A DNA stretch of 32,000 nucleotides, from positions 90,001 through 122,000 of the forward strand of contig NZ_CP043315.1 in assembly GCF_008189285.1 (NCBI RefSeq), read 5' to 3'. Each line of letters begins with the position of its first letter. The first letter of the stretch is position 1. This document shows, piece by piece, positions 17,116 through 26,000 of the stretch. The DNA is from Candidatus Saccharimonadota bacterium (GTDB taxonomy: Bacteria > Pseudomonadota > Alphaproteobacteria > CAJXXZ01 > 1604HC). The notes under the pieces are model-generated. The model searched no databases, had not been told where the DNA came from, and saw only the letters and a program-made list of their open reading frames with translations. Position numbers and translations under genes: made by a program.

Positions 17116-17851
17116 AATTGATAACAATAGAGTTGAATACAGGATTAAAATAGCCGATGGATTCGAGAATAAGTTTAAGGATTTTATAGCCTCTCATAGC
17201 GATTTAATTTCTGATTGCAATTTAGAAGATGGAATTTTTATTGCTAGCTTTGCAAGTCAATCAACATATGAAGAATTTTATAAATTGGCTTCTAGAGAAA
17301 TGGATATTGTCTATGCTAAAAAAGATATCGATGATGATGCGCGTAGTAACTGGTATGCAGTTAACATTCCATCCAGAAGAGAAATCGGTATTGAGCAAAA
17401 ATTTATTGAATATTCTATAAATAACGAAGGAATTAATGAAATTCTTTTGCCTAAAACTGAATCTACTGTTTGGAAAGATCAAGTTAAAAAAACTGTAAAA
17501 GAATGCATGAGTCCTGGATATATATTCATAAAAACAACAAGTCCTGCATATATTATGAAGGCTGCGGCGGATATAGATGTTAGGGTTAGTGTTTTAGATC
17601 ATCCTGTATCAGAAGATGAAATAGAGAAACTAAGAATCAAAGAAAAGGAAGATTGCAATTTTGGTCAAAAACAGTCATATTCTGTAGGAGACCATATTTG
17701 TGTTTGTGATGGAACATTTAAAGGTCACAACGGATATATAGAAGAAATAGATGAGAAAAATGAAGGCCAGTTGAAGGTTGTTTTGCCTGTATTTGGAAGA
17801 GGCGTTTCTGTTAAACTTGGTTTTTCTGATATAAGAAAGGTGAATAAATGA
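17108..17851 (+). CDS. nusG: Transcription termination/antitermination factor NusG, with an ~80-aa N-terminal extension if the 17108 start is used
   Basis: The NGN domain starts at 'NWYAVNIPSRREIGIEQKF' (aa 81). The KOW motif is 'GDHICVCDGTFKGHNGYIEEID'. An alternative start is Met65 (ATG at 17300). Confidence 0.85.
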   Translation: MHKIDNNRVEYRIKIADGFENKFKDFIASHSDLISDCNLEDGIFIASFASQSTYEEFYKLASREMDIVYAKKDIDDDARSNWYAVNIPSRREIGIEQKFIEYSINNEGINEILLPKTESTVWKDQVKKTVKECMSPGYIFIKTTSPAYIMKAAADIDVRVSVLDHPVSEDEIEKLRIKEKEDCNFGQKQSYSVGDHICVCDGTFKGHNGYIEEIDEKNEGQLKVVLPVFGRGVSVKLGFSDIRKVNK

Positions 17852-18390
17852 GCATTAAAACAGATGTTTTAAAAAGCATAGTGGAGCAAAAAAATTCAGA
17901 TGAAGTTGATTATTCAAAGAATTTATTGAAAATGAAAAAAGATGCTTTTGTGTCTTTTAAGAAAGCTCCTAAAGCTGTCGTAAGACTGCATTTAGAGGGG
18001 GGAAAGGCTAGTCCTGCCCCTCCAGTTGGTCCTGCGTTAAGTCAACATAAGGTTAAGAATTTGATGCAATTTTGTAAGGATTTCAATGCTGCAACTCAAG
18101 GATCTCCAGCTGGAATTAAATTTCCAGTGGATATTTTTATTTTTGATGGCGGAGAAGTTTCATTCAAAGTTTTAAAAATGACCGCTAGTGATTTGATAAA
18201 ACAAAAAGCTGGAATTGAAAAAGGTGGATCCAAAGCTGGAAGAGACAAACATGCTGGATCTGTCACACACAAGGACTTAGTTGAAATAGCTGAGTTTAAA
18301 TTTAGTGATTTAAATACGTTGTCTATTGAAGGCGCTGTTAAAATTATCGCTGGTTCTGCAAGATCTATGAATATAGATATTGTGGAATAA
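17848..18390 (+). CDS. rplK: 50S ribosomal protein L11
   Basis: The L11 core is 'VRLHLEGGKASPAPPVGPALSQHKVKNLMQFCKDFNA'. The ATG at 17848 forms an ATGA overlap with the nusG stop. An alternative start is Met29 (ATG at 17932). Confidence 0.9.
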   Translation: MSIKTDVLKSIVEQKNSDEVDYSKNLLKMKKDAFVSFKKAPKAVVRLHLEGGKASPAPPVGPALSQHKVKNLMQFCKDFNAATQGSPAGIKFPVDIFIFDGGEVSFKVLKMTASDLIKQKAGIEKGGSKAGRDKHAGSVTHKDLVEIAEFKFSDLNTLSIEGAVKIIAGSARSMNIDIVE

Positions 18391-18434
18391 GCGAATACAG
18401 TGTACTATGGATTTTTGAAAGGTTTTGGTGTTTT

Positions 18435-19112
18435 GTGTCTAAAAACGAACGAGAAGTTTATGATGTTTTATCTGCTATAAAGCTCATACGAGAAAGCAAA
18501 AAAAGAAAATTTGATGAAACACTAGATTTCGGATGTGAAATTAACATAGGTTCATCTAAGGATCAAGTTAGCATTAGAGGGTCAGTGGATATGCCTGCTG
18601 GAACTGGAAAAAAAGTTGTTGTTGCAGTTTTTTGTGCTGATTCTGACAAATTTGATGAAATTAAAAAAGCTGGAGCTGACTATGTTGGAGCTGAAGATTT
18701 AGTTGATAGATTTAAAAGTGGAGAAATTAGCTGTGATGTGTGTTTGGCTAGCCCAGATGCTATGATCATGCTTGCTAAGATTAGTAAGATTTTGGGACCT
18801 AAAAAGCTTATGCCTAGCCCTAAATCTGGAACTGTTAGCAATGATATAGTTAATCTAGTATTATCTTTTAAAAAAGGTAAAGTTGTTTACAAAGCTGATG
18901 CGCAAGGAAACATATATGCTGGCATAGGAAGAATTAGTTTTTCAGATGAAGATTTGATTTTGAATTTCAATGCATTATTTGATGACGTGTTGTCAAAAGC
19001 GCCTTCAGTTAAGTCTTTATTTGTTAAAAGGGTCTTTTTATCTTCTACAATGGGTAGCAGCTCTTTTATGTTGGATAAAAAATCATTGAAATCAGGAGTA
19101 ACAAATGAATAG
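18435..19112 (+). CDS. rplA: 50S ribosomal protein L1 (GTG start)
   Basis: 'FDETLDFGCEINIG', 'GTGKKVVVAVF' and 'LGPKKLMPSPKSGTV' are L1 blocks. Gene order also supports the call. The GTG at 18435 is preceded by 'gaaagg'. Confidence 0.9.
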   Translation: MSKNEREVYDVLSAIKLIRESKKRKFDETLDFGCEINIGSSKDQVSIRGSVDMPAGTGKKVVVAVFCADSDKFDEIKKAGADYVGAEDLVDRFKSGEISCDVCLASPDAMIMLAKISKILGPKKLMPSPKSGTVSNDIVNLVLSFKKGKVVYKADAQGNIYAGIGRISFSDEDLILNFNALFDDVLSKAPSVKSLFVKRVFLSSTMGSSSFMLDKKSLKSGVTNE

Positions 19113-19584
19113 AGCTAAAAAAGAATTATTTGTATCAGAATTATCTAAAGAAATTGAAAATGTTTCTTATATTTACGTTTACGGATGTGGAAATGTTAGT
19201 TCTGAAGAATTGTTTAAAATTAGACTTGACGCTACTTATTCTGACATAAATGTTAAATTTGTTAAAAATACTCTTGCAAAGAGAGCTTTAAATGATCAAA
19301 TTCAACCTATGTTAGAAAAAACTAGTGTTTTGTGTTTTGGGTCTGGAGACCCTTTAAATGCAGCTCATGTTTTAGCTAGATATGAGAAAGAATATAAAGG
19401 TAGATTCGTTTCTAGAGGTGGCTTGGTTGAAAAGTCTCTTTGTGATAAATCTATGATTAAAAGGATGTCTTCCATTGGTTCTGTAGATGGATTGAGATCT
19501 TTGCTATTGGGAGTTCTTCAGGCTCCTATGGCTAGTTTTGCAAGAGTGTTAAATCTCATTGCTGAAAAAGAAGAAGGAAATTAA
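19105..19584 (+). CDS. rplJ: 50S ribosomal protein L10
   Basis: The size (159 aa) and its position between rplA and rplL fit L10. 'LRLDATYSDINVKFVKNTLAKRAL' is L10-like. It overlaps the rplA stop by 8 nt. Confidence 0.85.
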   Translation: MNRAKKELFVSELSKEIENVSYIYVYGCGNVSSEELFKIRLDATYSDINVKFVKNTLAKRALNDQIQPMLEKTSVLCFGSGDPLNAAHVLARYEKEYKGRFVSRGGLVEKSLCDKSMIKRMSSIGSVDGLRSLLLGVLQAPMASFARVLNLIAEKEEGN

Positions 19585-19588
19585 TAAG

Positions 19589-19957
19589 ATGAATAATATA
19601 AAAAATGATATTTTAGAAACAATAAGCAATATGCCTGTTTCTGAGCTTTTGCAATTAGTAAAAGATGCAGAAGAGAAGTGGGGAGTATCTGCGGCTGCTT
19701 CTGCAGCTCCTGCTGCTGACAGTTCTGAGAAAGAAGAAGAGAAATCTGATTTCGAAGTAGTTGTTGTTAGTATGAATGATGGAGCTAATAAAGTTGCATG
19801 CATTAAAGCTGTAAGAGCTATCACTGGGCTTGGCTTGAGAGAAGCTAAAGAATTAGTTGAGAGCGGTGGATCATTAGAAGGAAGATTCGACAAAGATGCT
19901 TCTGCTGGTCATAAGAAAGCTTTGGAAGAAGCTGGTCTTAAAATAGAATTAAAATAA
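19589..19957 (+). CDS. rplL: 50S ribosomal protein L7/L12
   Basis: 'ILETISNMPVSELLQLVKDAEEKWGVSAAA' is followed by an Ala-rich hinge and then 'KVACIKAVRAITGLGLREAKELVE...LEEAGLKIELK'. I start at the ATG at 19589, preceded by 'gaaggaaa', rather than the track start at 19559. Confidence 0.9.
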   Translation: MNNIKNDILETISNMPVSELLQLVKDAEEKWGVSAAASAAPAADSSEKEEEKSDFEVVVVSMNDGANKVACIKAVRAITGLGLREAKELVESGGSLEGRFDKDASAGHKKALEEAGLKIELK

Positions 19958-20024
19958 TAACTTAAGTTTATTATTTAATTTTAGCAAATTTTAAGCCATT
20001 CATTGGTTAGTATTTTCAATATTT

Positions 20025-20031
20025 AAAGGGG
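20025..20031 (+). promoter_or_regulatory. Shine-Dalgarno-like AAAGGGG upstream of the rpoBC ATG
   Basis: This purine-rich G-run stands out in an otherwise AT-rich spacer and lies about 10 nt before the ATG at 20042. Confidence 0.4.
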
Positions 20032-20041
20032 TTGTGTTCAT

Positions 20042-23000
20042 ATGTCATTTTATAAGGATTTTATTCGTAAATCTTTTGCAAAAACTGATGAGAGTTGTTT
20101 GTTAGTAAACGATTTAATCAGATTGCAAAGGGATTCTTATGATGAATTTTTGCAAGCAAATGTTTTGCCTGAAAAAAGAAAAGATAAGGGGCTTCAACTT
20201 GTTTTAAAGGAATTTTTCCCTATTGTTGGAATGTCGGGTCATTTGCGATTAGAATTTTGTGGATATGATGTTGCAGAGCCAATTTTTAGCTCTTTAGAAT
20301 GCAAAAGAAAAGGCCTTACATATAGCGGCGTTATTAGCATTTTATTGAGACTTGTTGTTAGCGAAACAGATGAGTCTGGAAAAACATCAGTCAAAGATAT
20401 TAGAGAGCAAAGTGTATATATTGGCGATTTGCCTTTTATGACCGATGCAGGAACATTTATTGTTAACGGAACTGAGAGAGTTGTTGTTTCTCAAATGCAT
20501 AGATCTCCAGGTGTATTTTTAGATATTGAGAAAAAGACAGGAACAACAGGACCTTCTCACGATATACATATTGCAAGAATTATACCTTATAGAGGATCTT
20601 GGATGGATATAGAATTTGACTCTAGTAACTTGCTTTATATAAGAATTGATAAAAATAGAAAAATACCTCTTTCTGCTCTTTTGATGTCTTGTGGAAATGA
20701 AGACTTGTCCAAAGAAGGAATGTCAAAAAGTCAAATTTTAAGAGAATTTTACGATACTGTTAAGTTTGAAGTTTTGGAAGATGGGTTAAAATTTAATATA
20801 GATTTTAAGAAACTGACTGGATCTAAATTAGACTTTACTATTTTTAACGAAGAAACAAGAGAAGTTGTTCTAAAAGAAGGGGAATTGATTAATAAAAGCT
20901 TGGCCTCTAAATTAGGAAAAATAAAAAATGATTTCTTCGTTGAGAAAAATGATATTAAAGACATATTTTTATGTGATGATATTGTTGGTGAGCTAAAAAG
21001 TGCTACAATTCCTTCTCATGAAGAATTAATAGAAAATAACATAACTTCATTTGATGGAATAATTATTGATGGATATCATAATGCTCCTTATATTTTAGAT
21101 TCGTTGAATGCATATTCATATAATAATCGTATTGAAGCTATGGTAGTAATTTATAATGCTATGAGACCGGGAGAAAGAGTCAAAATAGATGTTGTTCGCT
21201 CGTTATATAGATCATTATTTTCAGATCCTGATTATTACAATTTATCTCAAGTCGGAAGATTAAAGCTAAATCAAAGATTGAATTTGAATAGCTCTTTAGA
21301 GTGCATGACATTAACTCAAGATGATATTTTAGAAACATTAAAAGCTCTGATTAGGCTTAAAAAAGGATTAGAGCCTGTAGATGATATAGATAGCTTGGAA
21401 TTTAGAAGAGTTAGATCTGTTGGTGAATTAGTAGAAAATCAATGCAGAATGGCAATGGGAAGATTCTTGAAATCTGTTAAAGATAAGATGAGTGGATTAG
21501 ATATAGAATCAGTTATGCCATCTGATTTGATCGCCCATTCAAAATCTTTTACTGGTGCTGTTAGAGATTTCTTCTGCACTTCTCAATTTTCTCAATTTAT
21601 GGATCAAACAAATCCATTGTCAGAAATAAGTCACAAGAGACGTTTGTCTGCTTTTGGTCCAGGTGGTATTAGTAGAGAAAGATCAGTTTTGGAAGCCAGA
21701 GGTTTGCATGCAACTCATTATGGAAGAATTTGCCCTGTAGAGACTCCTGAGGGTCAAAATATTGGATTGATTAACTCATTATCTATTTTTAGTAAAATTA
21801 ATAAATTTGGTTTTATTGAGACGCCTTATCATCCTGTTGTTGATGGAAAAGTTCAATCTGATATAGTTTATTTCTCAGCTTCTGAAGATAAGATGTATGT
21901 AATTGCACATGCTGATCCAGATATAATAGATGATGATGGAAACATCACATCCTCTGCTGTGAAATGTAGATACAATCATGATTATATTATTTCAGAACCT
22001 AAAGACATTCAATACATAGATGTGTCTCCTAAGCAGATTATTTCTGTAGCCTCATCATTAATTCCTTTTGTTGATCACAATGATGCTGGAAGAGCTTTGA
22101 TGGGTGCAAATATGCAACGTCAGGCAGTTCCTTTGATAGAGCCTGATGCTCCATTGATTGGTACTGGTGTTGAAAGATCAATTATTCATAGATCTGCAGT
22201 TGCTTTGTATTCTAAAAGAGCTGGAGAAGTTGTTAGAGTAGACTCAACTTCTATCATGGTTAAAGTTGATGGATATGATATTGATGTATACAATTTAAGA
22301 AAATTCGAAAAAACAAATGATGGAACATGCATTAATCAAAAGCCTACTGTATTTGTTGGTCAAATGATTGCAGAAGATGAAATGATTGCAGAAGGATCTT
22401 CCATTCATAATGGAGAGCTTTCTCTTGGAAAAAATGTTAAGATTGCCTTTCTTTCATGGAAAGGTGGAAACTATGAAGACGCTGTTCTTATCTCTTCTAA
22501 ATTAGTTAATGATTTTTCATCTATACATCTTGAGAAATATGAAATTTCTGCGCGTGAAATTAAACAAGGTGTAGAGCAAATCACAAGAGATATTCCTAGA
22601 ATTAGCGAAGAATTTTTAATGAATCTGGATGAAAGTGGAATTGTTAATATTGGAGCTAAAGTAAAAGCTGGAGATGTTCTTGTTGGAAGAGTTACTCCAA
22701 AAGCTGAAGGCCCTGCTAGTGCAGACGAAAGATTGCTAAGAGCAATTTTTGGTGATAGAGCTTCCGATGTTAAAGATAGTTCTTTGAGAGTGCCTCCTGG
22801 ATTTTCTGGAACAGTTGTAGATGTTCGTGTTTTCACAAGAAAGGGAATGGAAAAGAATGAAAGAGCTCTTGTTATTGAGCATGAGCTTCTAAAGAATTTG
22901 CAAGATAAAAAGAATATTGAAATTGGAATTTTAAGAAAAAGCTTTGCTGGAAAACTGTCAGAGTTTATAGTTGGCCAAACATTAAGTAGAAAAATTGATG

Positions 23001-26000
23001 AGTTTAAACCTGGAATTATAATTGATTCTAGTATTTTTGCTCAAATATCTGAAACAAAAGATTTGAATATATTTTCTAAATCTGTAAAAGGGTTGCCAAA
23101 AGAAGCTGACGAGCTTTTGAAATCATATACTTCTAAAATTGAAAGCATATCAAGAAAGTTTTCAAGAGAAGAGAAGAAAATTTCTGCTGGAGATGATTTG
23201 TCTTCAGGTGTTATGGTTACTGTTCAAGTATTCTTGGCTGTAGAAAGAAAACTACAGCCTGGAGATAAAATTGCTGGTAGACATGGTAACAAAGGAGTTG
23301 TAGCAAGGGTATTAAACCTTGAAGACATGCCTTATACATCTAATGGAGAGCCAGTTGATTTGATATTCAGTTCTTTGGGTATTTCTTCTCGTATGAATCT
23401 TGGTCAAATTTTAGAAACTCATTTAGGATGGGCGTCTTTTAATTTAGGTAAAAAAATAAAAGAAATGCTTTCAGATGTTAAAGATGGAATCAAACCTTTA
23501 GAAGAACTTCGAGAACTTATAGATAAAGTATATGAAGATAATATAGAGATAAAATCAAAAACTGATGATGAAATTTCTAAATTTGCTGCTAATTTGACAG
23601 ATGGTATTCCATTTAGTTGCCCTGCATTTGATGGAGCTAGCCCTGAAAAAATTGGTGAAATGCTTGAGTTAGCAGGATGCGATTCTTCTGGACAAGAAGT
23701 GTTATATGATGGTCAAACTGGTATTCCGTTTGATCAAAAAGTTACTGTTGGAATCATGTATATTATGCAGTTGCATCACTTTGTTGATGAAAAAATACAT
23801 GCTCGTTCTGTTGGTCCTTACAGTTTGATAACACAGCAACCTCTAGGTGGTAAATCTAACTTAGGTGGTCAAAGATTTGGAGAAATGGAGGTATGGGCTC
23901 TTCAAGGTTATGGAGCTGCTTATACAATCAGAGAATGTTTGAATGCAAAGTCAGATGACCCAATAGGTCGTATGGAAGTTTTCCAAGCTATAAGCCAAGG
24001 TTATAACGTATTCGATCAACATGGTGTGCCAGAATCATTCCGTGTATTGTTGTATTCTTTGAGATCTTTGTGTCTAAATGTAAAATGTTTGTCATTGATT
24101 GATGAAAATCTTGTAGAGCAAGATTTAAGCAATTTGAGTCATTTAGATGCTTTGCAAATTTCTATTGCTAGCCCTGAAGATATATATAAGTGGTCTTATG
24201 GTGAAGTAACTAAAGCTGAAACTATTCATTATAGAACTTTGAAACCAGATTCTGACGGTTTGTTCTCAGCAAGAATTTTCGGGCCGATTAAAGATTATGA
24301 ATGCTTGTGTGGAAAATATAAGAAATTCAAATACAAAGGCGTAGTTTGTGAAAAATGTGGAGTTGAAGTTACTTTATCTAAAGTAAGAAGAGAGAGAATG
24401 GGTCATATTAATTTGGCTGCTCCTGTTGCTCATATGTGGTTCGCAAAATCTCTTCCAAGCAGAATTGGTATAATGCTTGACTTATCTGCTAGAGATTTAG
24501 AATCAATTTTGAATTTCGAAAAGTATATTGTTATAGAGCCTGCAACTTCTCCTTATGAAAAAGGAACTTTGTTTAGTGAAGTAGAGTATGAATCAGTTCT
24601 AGAAGAATATGAAGATGAAGGATTTGAAGCTGATACTGGAGCAGTTGCATTAGAAAGACTTTTGAAAGAAATAGATCTTGAAGAAGAAGTTGTTTCTATT
24701 AATAAAGAATTAGATGGAAACCCTAATGATACAAAAAGAAAGAACTTGATTAGAAAGTTGAAGATTCTTGAAGGATTTAGAAATTCTGGCACAAGACCTG
24801 AGCTTTGCATAATGAGAGTCCTTCCTGTTCTTCCTCCTGAGTTGAGACCATTAGTTACTCTTGAAGGTGGAAGATTTGCCTCATCAGATATTAATGATTT
24901 GATGAGAAGGGTGATAAACAGAAACAATAGATTAAAGAGATTGATTTCTTTGAGCGCTCCTATGGTTATTTTGCGTAATGAGATTCGAATGCTGCAAGAA
25001 TCTATTGATGCATTGTTTGATAATGAAAGAAAAAGTAGACCAATTACTCATGCAAATAGCAAGAGACAATACAAATCACTTGCTTACTCTTTGAAGGGTA
25101 AAAGAGGTATGTTTAGACAAAATCTTCTTGGTAAAAGAGTTGACTATTCAGGTCGTTCTGTGATTGTTGTTGGTCCTGAATTGAAGTTAGACCAATGTGG
25201 TGTTCCTAAGGAAATGGCTCTTGAGTTATTTAAGCCTTTTGTGATTTCTAGATTAGAATTAAGAGGGTTTGCTGCTACATATAAAATAGCAAAAACAATG
25301 GTTGAGCATAAGAGACCTGAAGTGTGGGATGTTCTAGATGAATGCATTAAAGATCACCCTGTTCTTTTGAATAGAGCTCCTACATTGCATAGATTAGGTA
25401 TTCAAGCTTTCAACCCTGTATTAGTGGATGGTAAAGCGATTAGATTGCATCCATTGGTGTGCACAGCTTACAATGCTGACTTTGATGGAGATCAAATGGC
25501 TATACATATACCTCTATCTATTGAGGCGCAAATCGAAGCTAGAGTTTTGATGATGTCTACTAATTGCTTGTTAAACCCTTCAAACGGTAAAGCGATTGTT
25601 AAACCTTCAAAAGATATGGTTTTGGGTCTTTATTATCTTACATTGATGTTTGAAACTGAGGCTAAAATTATTGTTAGAGATATAGCAGAAGCTGAACATG
25701 CAATGGAAAATGGAAAAATTAAAATAAGCACTCCTATTATAATTGAAATAGGTGATGAGCATGAATCTAGAGTTGTCACAACAACTTTGGGTCGTATGAA
25801 AGTTTATGAAATTACTCCAAAGCATCATAGAATTGAATTTGCTATGATCAATAGAGCTTTGAATACCGGAAATATTGCGGAACTTGTTGAAGCTGTTTAC
25901 GATCATTGTGAAAAAGATGTGGCTGTTAAATTCTTGGATCAACTTATGGGTCTAGGGTTCTTGTATGCAACAATATCTGGAGCTTCTTTTGGTAAGGATG

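Noticed and set aside
5772-17482. Short ORFs overlapping mraY (5772-5987), trmB (7855-8241), miaA (9155-9409), uppS (10257-10537), the MFS gene (13218-13415, 13347-13589), tssK (14663-14911) and nusG (17229-17482)
   Set aside because: Each is nested in or antisense to a gene with clear family motifs. None has a recognisable motif or a ribosome-binding context.
19549-19893. 114-aa minus-strand ORF antisense to rplL
   Set aside because: It is a shadow of the Ala/Glu-rich L7/L12 coding sequence and shows no independent signal.
24073-24110. rpoB-rpoC fusion as a sequencing or assembly frameshift artefact
   Set aside because: The junction is in frame, and conserved beta and beta' blocks lie immediately on either side. 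No residual stop, SD or ATG is present, and such fusions are known in nature. This cannot be fully excluded without reads, so the fusion is kept as a finding with that caveat.
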